The notes below the pieces were generated by a model. It worked only from the letters and a program-made list of their open reading frames with translations, did not search any database and had not been told where the DNA came from. Shown here piece by piece: positions 9,097 through 18,878 of a DNA stretch of 64,000 nucleotides (the stretch's first letter is position 1; each line of letters begins with the position of its first letter). Both the position numbers and the translations under genes were made by a program. Source of the DNA: Pontixanthobacter sp. (GTDB lineage: Bacteria; Pseudomonadota; Alphaproteobacteria; Sphingomonadales; Sphingomonadaceae); NCBI GenBank assembly GCA_965223995.1, contig CBDCXY010000017.1, positions 520,519 through 584,518 on the forward strand. Reading direction: 5' to 3'.

Positions 9097-9641
9097 GGAT
9101 CATCGCGGGCGAATGGCGCGGCCGGAAACTGACCGCGCCCAAGGGTGACACAACGCGCCCAACCGCCGACAGAACGCGCGAGACGCTGTTCAATATGCTC
9201 ACCAGCCGCCTTGGATCATTCGAAGGATTGTCGGTGGCCGACCTATTCGCCGGATCGGGCGCGCTTGGCCTTGAGGCGCTGTCGCGCGGCGCCGGGCATT
9301 GCCTGTTTGTCGAGCAGGAGGAGCAGGCGCTCAAAGCCATCCGCGCCAACATCGCCGCATTCGATGCCCGCGCACGAACCGATGTCCGCGCATCGTCGGT
9401 CATGGCGCTCGGCCCGACCAGGCAACCGACCGACCTGATCCTGCTCGACCCGCCCTATGACACAACCGCAGGTGAGGTCGCGCTCGACCGGATGAACCGG
9501 CTCGGCTGGATCGGTCCGGCAACGTGGATTGCACTCGAAACATCCGCGAAGCACAATATCGCGATCAAGGGGCTGGAATCGGTGGCGGACCGCCGCGTCG
9601 GTAAGGCAAGGCTGCACCTGTTGCAGCCGACGCCCAGCTAG
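9093..9641 (+). CDS. rsmD: 16S rRNA (guanine966-N2)-methyltransferase
   Basis: MRIIAGEWRGRKL..P....TRPT.DR.RE.LFN, the SAM motif DLFAGSGALGLEALSRG, and LDPPY. The ATG overlaps the rluB stop. Confidence 0.85.
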   Translation: MRIIAGEWRGRKLTAPKGDTTRPTADRTRETLFNMLTSRLGSFEGLSVADLFAGSGALGLEALSRGAGHCLFVEQEEQALKAIRANIAAFDARARTDVRASSVMALGPTRQPTDLILLDPPYDTTAGEVALDRMNRLGWIGPATWIALETSAKHNIAIKGLESVADRRVGKARLHLLQPTPS

Positions 9642-10045
9642 CCTTCCGGAAAGCCCGCAAACTGCGGCAGTTCATGCGCCGAAGCCATCCATTCGAGCCG
9701 CTCGGCCGTCTGGATATGCGATTGCGCGGGAAGCGCATTGGGATCATCGAGCGTGCCCGACTGGATATCGACGATACCCGGCAGGTTCTCGGCATTGCGA
9801 TAGAACAAGCCGGTGCCGCATTGGGGACAGAAAGATCGCCTGCCATGCTCCGACGATTCATAGGTCTTGGGCGAGCCCTCGACCTTCAACTGGTCCTCCT
9901 GAAACATCGCCCAGCCAACCATCGGCGCGCCCGCCGAATTGCGGCAGTCGTTGCAATGGCACAGGGCGTGATGCATCGGTTCGCCCGACAGTTCGTAGCG
10001 GATCGCCCCGCACTGGCAGCCACCTTTGAGCCCATCCTTGAGCAT
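9638..10045 (-). CDS. GFA (glutathione-dependent formaldehyde-activating / CENP-V) family protein
   Basis: Cys-rich pattern GGCQCG...CHCNDC...CPQCG. Start taken at the ATG at 10045, which is preceded by GGAGGA. Confidence 0.75.
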   Translation of the reverse strand: MLKDGLKGGCQCGAIRYELSGEPMHHALCHCNDCRNSAGAPMVGWAMFQEDQLKVEGSPKTYESSEHGRRSFCPQCGTGLFYRNAENLPGIVDIQSGTLDDPNALPAQSHIQTAERLEWMASAHELPQFAGFPEG

Positions 10046-10108
10046 AGTTTCCTCCTTCTCCAACGCTCCCTCGTGCGGGCGCCAAACCCGCTTGCAGTCC
10101 CCGCCGAT

Positions 10109-10123
10109 GTTCCCTAACTGTTC
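10109..10123 (+). promoter_or_regulatory. alphaproteobacterial LexA (SOS) box GTTC-N7-GTTC upstream of uvrD
   Basis: GTTCcctaactGTTC ends 9 nt before the uvrD ATG. Confidence 0.7.
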
Positions 10124-10131
10124 ACTCTCCC

Positions 10132-12463
10132 ATGAATGATCGCGCATCACAACCCCCGGTCCCATCGGACGACCCGTCGGACGGCAACATTCCGGCCTAT
10201 GCCGAAATGTTGAACGAACCTCAGAAAGAGGCGGTGCTGACCACCGAGGGGCCGGTGCTGATGCTGGCAGGCGCTGGTACAGGCAAGACCGCCGCGCTCA
10301 CTGCGCGCCTCGCGCATCTGGTGGCGATGCGCAAAGCATGGCCGAGCGAGATCCTGTGCGTCACCTTCACCAACAAGGCCGCCCGGGAAATGAGGGAGCG
10401 TGTCGGCGGGCATATCGGCGAGGCGGTTGAGGGGATGCCTTGGCTCGGAACCTTCCATTCGATTGCCGCCAAGATGCTGCGCCGTCATGCCGAACTGGTC
10501 GGGCTGAAAAGCAATTACACGATCATCGATACCGACGATCAGCTGCGCCTGCTCAAGCAATTCATCCGCGATCAGGAGGAGGACGAAAAACGCTGGCCGC
10601 CGCGCCAGCTTGCCGGGTCTGATCGATCGTTGGAAAAATCGCGGACTGAACCCGGATGACTTGGACGCAGTCGAAAACGAACAGCTACGCCAACGGCCGC
10701 GGGCAGGAGTTCTACCGGCTGTACCAGGACCGGCTGAAAGCGCTCAACGCCTGCGATTTCGGCGATTTGCTGCTACATATGCTGAATATCTTCCGCAAGC
10801 ATCACGACGTGCTGGAGCAGTATCAGCCAGCGCTTCAAATACATACTCGTCGACGAGTATCAGGACACCAACCAGGTCCAGTATCTGTGGCTGCGGCTGC
10901 TGGCGCAGGAGCGCAAGAACATCTGCGTTGTGGGCGACGACGACCAGTCGATCTATTCGTGGCGCGGCGCGGAAGTCGCCAATATCCTGCGTTTCGAGAA
11001 GTGATTTTCCCGGCGCGAAAGTGGTCAAGCTGGAGCAGAATTATCGCTCCACCCCGCACATCCTCGCCGCCGCATCGGGCCTGATCGACGCCAACAGCCA
11101 GCGGCTCGGCAAGACGCTGTGGACCGAGATCCCGAACGGCGACAAGGTCCGCGTCATCGGCGTGTGGGACGGTCCCGAAGAAGCGCGGCGGGTCGGCGAA
11201 GAAATCGAACGCCTCGAACGCGAAGGTGCACCGCTGGACGAGATCGCGATCCTCGTGCGCGCGCAATACCAGACGCGCGAGTTCGAGGACCGCTTTATCC
11301 AGATCGGCCTCAACTACCGGATCATCGGTGGCTTCCGCTTCTACGAGCGCGCCGAAATCCGCGATGCGCTCGCCTATCTGCGCGTGATCGCGCAGCCGCA
11401 GGACGATCTCGCCTTCGAGCGGATCTACAACCAGCCCAAGCGCGGGCTTGGCGCGAAGACGCTGGAGAAGATGCACCAGCATGCGCGAGGAACCGGCCTG
11501 CCGCTCGCCGCCGCATCGCTGCAATTGGCCGATAGCGACGAGCTGCCCAAGCGCGCTTCGAACACGATCGCCGCGCTGATGCGCGATTTCCTCAAATGGC
11601 GCGAGCATGGAGCCGAGAAAGGTCACGCCTGCCGAATTGCTGCGCACCGTGCTCGACGAAAGCGGCTACAACGCCATGCTCGAGAACGAGCGATCGACCG
11701 AAGCCAAGCCGGGCGGCTCGAAAACCTGTCCGAGCTCGCCCGCGCGATGGAGGAATATGACAGCCTCGGCGATTTCCTCGAACATGTATCGCTGGTGATG
11801 GACAATGACGCATCGGATGATGACGAGAAGGTCACCATCATGACGATGCACGCGGCCAAGGGTCTGGAATTCAACAATGTATTCCTGCCCGGCTGGGAAG
11901 AAGGCGTGTTTCCCAGCCAGCGTTCGCTCGATGAAGGCGGGCTGGCGAGTCTCGAGGAAGAACGCCGCCTCGCTTACGTCGCGATCACCCGCGCGCGCCG
12001 CCGCTGTACGATCCTCCACGCCGCCAACCGCCGCATCTTCGGCCAATGGACCAGCAGCATACCCAGCCGTTTTATCGAGGAATTGCCCGAAGAACATGTC
12101 GAGCAGGAAACCACCTTGGCGGGCGGTAAATCGCTATGGCAGGCCAACTGGTCTGAAGATGGCGACCCCTTCGCCCATGTCAGCGCGGCCCGCCCAAACC
12201 GCTCGAGCCAGCGCGGCCCCGGCTGGCAGCGTGCACTCGAAAGCGGCTACGACACCAAACGCGCCGTGGTGAAGGAAAACCGCCGCAGCGCCGCGAGCTT
12301 CGCCGCCAAACCCCGCGCCGACATCGCGCTCGGCGCCCGCGTGTTCCACGACAAGTTCGGCTACGGGACGGTGATGTCGCAAGAGGGCAACAAGCTGGAG
12401 ATCGAGTTTGAGAAGGCGGGGACGAAGCGCGTGATCGATAGCTTTGTGACGGTTGAGGGGTGA
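10132..12463 (+). pseudogene. uvrD: UvrD/PcrA-type DNA helicase II with about six frame breaks
   Basis: All helicase motifs are present but scattered over three frames: [59 protein letters not shown]. The frame switches fall near 10615, 10690, 10828, 11003, 11615 and 11712. Confidence 0.85.
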
Positions 12464-12545
12464 AATGCAGCATCGAATCGATGCTCTTGGGTATCAATAA
12501 CCCTAGGTATCGTCGAAAATAGGGACGGCGCGCCCAAAACCGCCA

Positions 12546-12633
12546 CGTCACCCCTGCCTTTTTGGCAAACGGGTCATCAAAATCTCGACATGGGTAAGAA
12601 GAGCGGGACCCCGGATCGGTGTCCGGGGTGACG
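12546..12633. repeat. hairpin-ended repeat-like element
   Basis: The 9-bp termini cgtcacccc (12546-12554) and ggggtgacg (12625-12633) are inverted. There is an inner stem accccgga/tccggggt near 12607-12628. Confidence 0.45.
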
Positions 12634-12680
12634 GTGGATGGACTGCGTTTTCCACGCACCCGACTCGATCTGGCCAATAA

Positions 12681-12729
12681 TGGTTGCATTATAGAACCAA
12701 TTCAGCCATATGGTCTCATTATGAAACCA
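12681..12729. promoter_or_regulatory. two tandem 19-bp dyad operators upstream of the HxlR-type regulator
   Basis: TGGTTgcattatagAACCA (12681-12699) and TGGTCtcattatgaAACCA (12711-12729) match at 15/19 positions, are spaced 30 bp apart, and end 15 nt before the regulator ATG. Confidence 0.55.
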
Positions 12730-12743
12730 GTGGCAACACTCCG

Positions 12744-13229
12744 ATGAAGGCAAAGTCCTTCTCGAATATGCAATGTTCCATCGCCCGTGCGCTGGAGCAT
12801 GTGGGTTCGTGGTGGTCGCTGCTGATCATTCGCGACGTCATGATGGGGGCCCGCCGCTTCAAACATTTTGAACGCTCGCTGGGCATTGCCAAGAATACGC
12901 TGTCGAAACGCCTCGCCGAGCTGGTTAACGGGGGCATTCTCGAAAAGGTCACGGCCAGCGATGGTTCTGCCTTTGACGAATATGTCCTCACGCAGCGCGG
13001 GCGCGACCTAGCGCCGATTATGATCGCGCTGTCGCAATGGGGCGACAAATGGGCCGCGCATAAAAAGGGCCCGTCGACAGAGATCATCGACGCGCGGACA
13101 GGCGAACGATTGCCGCAAATTTGGCCGCGACGCGACAATGGCGAGATAATGCCGCTGAGCGACGTGAGCATGCGCCGCGCCGCCAATGCACCCCGCAAGA
13201 ACTGGGAACCGGACATAGGAGACACGTAA
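12744..13229 (+). CDS. HxlR-family winged-helix transcriptional regulator
   Basis: C.IARALE.VG..W.LLI.RD...G.RRF..F...LGI..N.L..RL..L...G is the typical HxlR/DUF24 pattern. The protein has an extended C-terminus. Confidence 0.8.
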   Translation: MKAKSFSNMQCSIARALEHVGSWWSLLIIRDVMMGARRFKHFERSLGIAKNTLSKRLAELVNGGILEKVTASDGSAFDEYVLTQRGRDLAPIMIALSQWGDKWAAHKKGPSTEIIDARTGERLPQIWPRRDNGEIMPLSDVSMRRAANAPRKNWEPDIGDT

Positions 13230-13618
13230 TGCTGGCACGGATCTATCTTGGCCTGAACACGATCAGTATCGGCCTGATCGGATTGATCTATCTGTATGAT
13301 CCCAACCTGCTTCTGGCCCGTTACGGGCTGGAAACCGGCAGCACCGGCATGGATAACATGCTGCGCGCCGTCTATGGCGGGCTATTCGTCGGCGTGGCGG
13401 CGATTTTCACGCTTGGCATAGGCTCGAGCCGGCATCGCCGCATCATTCTCGCCTTCGCAGCTTTGTTCATGGGCTCTCAGGCCGTGGGCCGCATCGTCAG
13501 CATCCTGTCAGTCGGCAGCCCACCCGATTCAGTGCTTGGGCTGCTCTATTTCGAGATCGGAGCGACCATTCTCGGACTGTTACTCTACCTGCGCGAACCA
13601 GCGAGCGCCGCCAGGTGA
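13229..13618 (+). CDS. DUF4345-like small membrane protein
   Basis: 129-aa protein with four hydrophobic helices. The ATG overlaps the hxlR stop (TAATG), and pairing with an HxlR regulator is common. The family assignment is from memory. Confidence 0.5.
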   Translation: MLARIYLGLNTISIGLIGLIYLYDPNLLLARYGLETGSTGMDNMLRAVYGGLFVGVAAIFTLGIGSSRHRRIILAFAALFMGSQAVGRIVSILSVGSPPDSVLGLLYFEIGATILGLLLYLREPASAAR

Positions 13619-13852
13619 ACGGTGCCCCGGCTAACAATGGAAGCGGTCTGTTTCAGCGGAACCATTTTCCTACACGCCATTCACTCGCTAGCGTGGTGAG
13701 CGCTCTTTGATATTGTCGATCCGGTTTGCCCAGTAGCGCGCGGAAATTTTCTCTGCGCAAGGTGTCACCCGTTCGCTGGAGCAGAAATTACGATTTTTCA
13801 GATGTTTGGCAGAAGTGTGTTAGGTTACAGGTGTAACCTATAACCCAGCGTC

Positions 13853-13949
13853 GTCATTCCCGCGAAGGCGGAGAGTCGAAGACGAGCGAAGCCAATCCAG
13901 CTTGGTGTTGCGCCAGTTTTCCCTAGATCCCCGCTTTCGCGGGAATGAC
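13853..13949. repeat. REP/MITE-like element with gtcattccc...gggaatgac termini
   Basis: The left end is gtcattcccgcgaaggcgg. The right end is tccccgctttcgcgggaatgac, itself a hairpin. It lies in the convergent intergenic space next to the rhlE 3-prime end. Confidence 0.65.
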
Positions 13950-13960
13950 GGGTTGTTGGC

Positions 13961-15361
13961 TCAGTCGAACCCCACCCCCAAGAAACCCGGCTGTGGGCCG
14001 TTCCATTCGCCCGGAGCGACGGGTTCATCGTCCTCATCGCGACGCTTCTTGCCCTTCGATTTCGGTTTGTCGGCCTTCGCGCCCTTCTCCCTGCGTGGCT
14101 TGGAAGGATTGTCCTCGTCTTTCGACTTGTCCTGACGAGGTTTGCGCTCCCTCTTCGGCTTCTCGTCATCGTCCGACTTGCGCGGTTTCGAGGACTTTTT
14201 CGGCTTGTCGCCTTTCGCGGGAGCGTCCTTCAGCTCCACGCGGACATCATCCTTGCCGAATTCGGGGATTTTCGCCTTGGTCAGCTTTTCGACATTATCG
14301 ATCGCTTCGGCATCGGCCTTGGTCACGAAGGTGAAGGCGCGGCCCTTGGCCCCGGCACGGCCCGTGCGGCCGATGCGGTGGACGTAGTCGTCGGGGTGCC
14401 ATGGCGTGTCGTAGTTGAACACGTGGCTGACGCCCTTGATGTCGAGCCCGCGCGCGGCAACATCCGATGCGACGAGGATATTGATTTCGCCCGATTTGAA
14501 GCGTTCCAATTCGCGCTGGCGGGTCGTCTGGTCGATATCGCCGTGGATCTCGCCGCTCTTGAATCCGCTGCGCTGCAATTGCTTGTTGAGATCGCGCACG
14601 GTCGTCTTCTTGTTCGAAAACACAATCGCGGTTTCGACATGGTCGTGGCTGAGCAGCCATTCGAGCGTTTCGCGCTTCTTGCGCTGCTCGACATGAATTT
14701 TGAAAGCAGTGATATTCTCGTTGGTCGAGGCCGCACGGCTGACTTCGATCTGCTTGGGATTGCTCAGGAACTTGTCGGCCAGCTTCTTGATCGGCGGCGG
14801 CATGGTGGCCGAGAACAGCATCGTCTGGCGCGCTTCGGGCAGCTTGTCGCAGATGAACTCGATGTCGGGGATGAAACCCATATCGAGCATCCGGTCGGCC
14901 TCGTCGATCACCAGCAGCTCGCACCCGCTAAGCAGGATCTTGCCCCGCTCGAACAGGTCCATCAACCGGCCCGGTGTCGCGATCAACACGTCGACGCCCT
15001 CATTGAGCGCCTTGAGCTGGTCGCCCATCTGCACCCCGCCGATAAGCAGCGTCATCTTAAGGTCGTGATTCTTGCCGTATTTCTCGAAATTCTCCGCCAC
15101 CTGCGCGGCAAGCTCGCGGGTCGGTTCGAGGATCAGCGAGCGCGGCATCAGCGCGCGGCGCCGGCCGCTGGCCATCACGTCGATCATCGGCAGGACGAAA
15201 CTGGCGGTCTTGCCCGTCCCCGTCTGCGCGATGCCGATCAGGTCCTTCATCATCAGCACGGCGGGAATCGCCTCTGCCTGGATCGGCGTAGGCTCGGTAT
15301 AACCGGCCTCGTCGACCGCTTTTAACAACTCATCGGAAAGGCCGAGATCGGCAAAGTTCAT
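13961..15361 (-). CDS. rhlE: DEAD-box ATP-dependent RNA helicase
   Basis: Q-motif TPIQ, AQTGTGKT, DEAD, SAT and HRIGRTGRAG, plus a Lys/Asp-rich basic C-terminal tail. Confidence 0.9.
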   Translation of the reverse strand: MNFADLGLSDELLKAVDEAGYTEPTPIQAEAIPAVLMMKDLIGIAQTGTGKTASFVLPMIDVMASGRRRALMPRSLILEPTRELAAQVAENFEKYGKNHDLKMTLLIGGVQMGDQLKALNEGVDVLIATPGRLMDLFERGKILLSGCELLVIDEADRMLDMGFIPDIEFICDKLPEARQTMLFSATMPPPIKKLADKFLSNPKQIEVSRAASTNENITAFKIHVEQRKKRETLEWLLSHDHVETAIVFSNKKTTVRDLNKQLQRSGFKSGEIHGDIDQTTRQRELERFKSGEINILVASDVAARGLDIKGVSHVFNYDTPWHPDDYVHRIGRTGRAGAKGRAFTFVTKADAEAIDNVEKLTKAKIPEFGKDDVRVELKDAPAKGDKPKKSSKPRKSDDDEKPKRERKPRQDKSKDEDNPSKPRREKGAKADKPKSKGKKRRDEDDEPVAPGEWNGPQPGFLGVGFD

Positions 15362-15497
15362 AGATTATCCGGATTGGGGGCAATAAGCCCGTGGCGCACA
15401 GGCGATATACCGATGCGAAAAATCGTCGCGGCCTTTGCGGCGCGCGCGGTGAAAAGTCAAGAATTGGTGGCGATTTGCGCCCAGCGTGTTTGAGCGA

Positions 15498-16089
15498 TCA
15501 ACTGGTTTCGGCGGCGACCATCTGGCGCAGACGGCTCAGCTCGCATTTCACGCCGGTGCGCGATTGCAGCTTGTCGCGATCGATGCAGAGCTTCCCGTCC
15601 TTGCTCGGCTCGACATAGAAGCCCTGGTAATAATCGCGCGCATTGCATGCTTTTTCCAGATTGGCCGCGATCAGACGCTGGTCCCGCATATAGAGCATCA
15701 ACCGGTTGTCGCGCGTCGGTTGCACCGCACCTATGCTCTTCATCTGGATGCACTTACCGATCTTGCGCTCGACCAGCCGGGTAGGCGCGCTGCTGCGGCG
15801 CGGAGCATCGGCGGTGAGATTGCGGCGCGCGGGTCGGCGCGGCGACACACGAATGACGACGCGCTGCTCGATGCGGATCTGGTACTGCACCGGAACGCCC
15901 TCGGGAACGCTCGAGCAGGTGCGACCACTCTTGCGAAGCAGCTATCGGCGATCAAAGCCTCAACACCTGCGGCGCGCTCTGGCGTCGGCCTTGCGGGCGT
16001 AGCATCCTGCGCTCCGGCGAAACAGGCAACGCCAGCAACAAGAGGCACGAACAAGGCTGCAAGGATTCGGCAAGATAGCTGCGTTTCAT
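15498..16089 (-). pseudogene. hypothetical secreted protein; reading frame broken about twice
   Basis: ATG 16089 gives MKRSYLAESLQP. A signal peptide, LFVPLVAGVACFAGAQDA, continues in a second frame. The main body (VQYQIRIEQ...KDGKLCIDRDK...) lies in a third frame as ORF 15498-15890. Confidence 0.4.
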
Positions 16090-16259
16090 CAACTCCGTCA
16101 GCGACTGCGTCGCGCCGCTATTGTTTCACCCGCGATCAATGTTTGCGCCCGTCCTACGCAGTCAGGATTGAATGGCGGCTTAATTGCTGAAACCGCCGAT
16201 TGCAGGATGCGTGATCAAGGCGTGCCTTTGCAGCGAAACGCGTGGCATCAGGCGCTGCC

Positions 16260-17718
16260 ATGAGCCAGCATCCGGACGCTTTTCTGAAAGCCGCAGCACA
16301 TGGAGCTGCTGGGACCAGCGTGGCCTTTCGACCTCTGATCCGGAGATCGTCGACGCCGTGGCTGACCGACTGGAGAGGACGATACTACCGGCCGCAAGCC
16401 CTTGCCCTCGCTTCGCCCGGGGACACATACGCGAGAAGTCGCCGATTTCGTGAAGCTGTGCCGCCAATACGGCGTCGCAATCGTCCCCCAGGGCGGCAAT
16501 AGCGGCATGTCCGGCGGCGCCACGCCCGACGAGAGTGGGAACGCGATTATCCTTTCACTCAGGCGTATGGCTACGGTTCATCGGTTCTCGCCCGAGGAAA
16601 AGCTGATCACCTGCGACGCGGGTATGGTCCTGCAAGACCTGCATGAAGTGGTCGAGGAGCATGGGTTGCGCTTCCCGCTGACGCTGGGGGGCAAGGGTTC
16701 GGCGACTGTCGGTGGACTGATCTCGACCAATGCGGGCGGCACGCAGGTTTTGCGGCACGGTACGATGCGCGCGCAGGTTGCGGGACTGGAAGTAGTTCTG
16801 CCCAATGGCGAGGTACTGAACACGCTGACCCCGCTCAAGAAAGACAATCGCGGCTTCGACATGAAGCAGCTCTTCATCGGGTCCGAGGGTACTATGGGCA
16901 TCGTTACAGCCGCCACGCTGCACCTGGCGGACGGGATCGCTGACCGGATCGTGATCTGGGTGGGGCTCGAGAAAATCGAGGATGCACGCGAGCTCCTTCT
17001 TCTGTGCCAGAAGCTGCACGGAGAGAATCTCGAGGGGTTCGAGGTCATCCCCGGCCGGTGCCTGAAGGCCGTACTGGATTACCTGCCCGACGCCCGCAGC
17101 CCGCTCGAAAGCAAGCAGCCTTGGTATGCGCTGATCGAACTGGTCGCCAGAGACGGAGAACAGGATCAGCTCCAACAATGGGCGGAGAACATCTTCGAAT
17201 CGGGCTCCGAAAAGGAACTGATCGAAGATGCCGTCATTGCCGCGAACGAAACACAAGCCGAGCAGTTCTGGCTGCTGCGCGATTCGATTTCTCCCGCCGA
17301 ACGCGCCATCGGGCCGGCGATGCAGCACGACATCTCGGTTCCGGTCGACGATATGGCAAACTTCGTCGCCCAGGCAGTGCCGACAGTCGAAAAACGTTTT
17401 CCGGGCACCCAGGCGGTCGCCTTCGGCCATTTGGGCGATGGCAATGTCCATTTTCATGTGCTGGCGCCCAAAGGTGCGACGCCAGGAGAATGGGAAAATA
17501 GCGAAGGCAAAGAAATCAGTATGTTCGTCCACGACCTTGTTACGCATTGGAAAGGCTCGATCAGTGCCGAGCATGGGATTGGCCAGATGAAACGTGACGA
17601 ATTGGGGCGGCTTGGCGATCCGGTCTCGTTGACACTGATGCGGACTGTGAAGCAGGCGCTCGATCCCGATGATCTGCTCAATCCCGGCAAGTTGATTCCG
17701 TCAGTCGACGCGGAATAG
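16260..17718 (+). pseudogene. FAD-linked oxidase (GlcD / D-2-hydroxyacid dehydrogenase family) with its 5-prime 160 nt split over three frames
   Basis: The intact body from 16402 carries VVPQGGNSG, ISTNAGG, GSEGTMGIVT and EHGIG. N-terminal pieces lie in other frames: MSQHPDAFLKAAAH, GLSTSDPEIVD and PWLTDWRGRY. Confidence 0.75.
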
Positions 17719-17887
17719 GCGACAATAACGCCCGCAAGCGCAAGCGCCCTTGCGCACCAAGGCCACAGCCCGTAAAGCGCGCGCTTCACGCGGCGGTTGC
17801 CCTGCATCCTGTATTTGCATTGGCTGTAGCGCACTCACCGCAGCGATATCTTGAAACACACAATTTTTGATCGACTGGAGAGATTCC

Positions 17888-18673
17888 ATGGCCAGCGCGC
17901 CGCAGCCCCAATTGCCGCTTTTCTATAACGACCTTATGCCGCTCAACAGCCGCGACCATGCGGATTGGAGCACCAAGCCGCTGGATTCAGCCAAATGGTT
18001 GCACACACAACACGCGATCCCCGTTACGGTCGACGAATTTGTTCAGGTCCAGCGCGATTATCCGATAGTTTTCTCCTCTGGCGAAACCCCTCTGCCGCTG
18101 GCCTTGATGGGCCTCAATGAAGGCGTGAACACCTTCGTGAACAAAGAGGGCAAGATCGACGACCCGGTTTACATCCCCGCTTATGTTCGCCGATATCCCT
18201 TCATGCTTGCAAAACTGTCGCCCGAGCGTGACGACCTATCGCTTTGCTTCGATCCGACTGCCGGCTCGCTGGGCGAGTTCAAGGACGGAGACAAGCTGTT
18301 CGACAAGGACGGCAAGGCCACCGAAGTCACACAGGGCATCCTCAATTTCTGCGAACAGTTCGAAGCTGCCGGCCAACGCACCAAGGCATTTGTCGACGAG
18401 TTGCAAAAGCACGAGCTGTTGATGGATGGCGAGATCGGAATTTCGCAGAACGACAATCCGGACAAGCCGTTCGTTTACCGCGGATTCCAGATGATCAATC
18501 AGGAAAAGCTGCAGGAAGTTCGTGGCGACACGCTGCGTGAGTGGAACAAGACCGGCCTGGTCGCCCTGATCTATAGCCATCTGTTTTCACTCGAGCTGAT
18601 GCGAAATATCTTCGCGCGGCAGATGGAACAGGGCACCGCACCTACGCCGGATGCGAACACGCCCGAAGGCTGA
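17888..18673 (+). CDS. SapC family protein
   Basis: LFYNDL.PLN...H......P...A..L...H..PV...EF......YPIVF and YIPAYVRRYPF are typical SapC features. Confidence 0.7.
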   Translation: MASAPQPQLPLFYNDLMPLNSRDHADWSTKPLDSAKWLHTQHAIPVTVDEFVQVQRDYPIVFSSGETPLPLALMGLNEGVNTFVNKEGKIDDPVYIPAYVRRYPFMLAKLSPERDDLSLCFDPTAGSLGEFKDGDKLFDKDGKATEVTQGILNFCEQFEAAGQRTKAFVDELQKHELLMDGEIGISQNDNPDKPFVYRGFQMINQEKLQEVRGDTLREWNKTGLVALIYSHLFSLELMRNIFARQMEQGTAPTPDANTPEG

Positions 18674-18825
18674 CCGCTAACGCGGCGTATAAAGCTGACT
18701 GTCTAGACGATGTGCCGGGGTTGAATAATCCCAGCCAATTCCCAAATTTATAGTGTTCGGGACGCACTCCCCCTCATCGCGTCCCGGATTTGTGCGCAAT
18801 GCCGCACAACCTCCCTGAAACTTGG

Positions 18826-18858
18826 CCACCTCGCGTAGCTTGCGCGAGGTGGTTTTTT
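18826..18858 (+). terminator. intrinsic terminator after the sapC-like gene
   Basis: Stem ccacctcgcg / cgcgaggtgg with loop tagctt, followed by tttttt. Confidence 0.7.
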
Positions 18859-18878
18859 CTCATTTTCAGTAGCATAGC

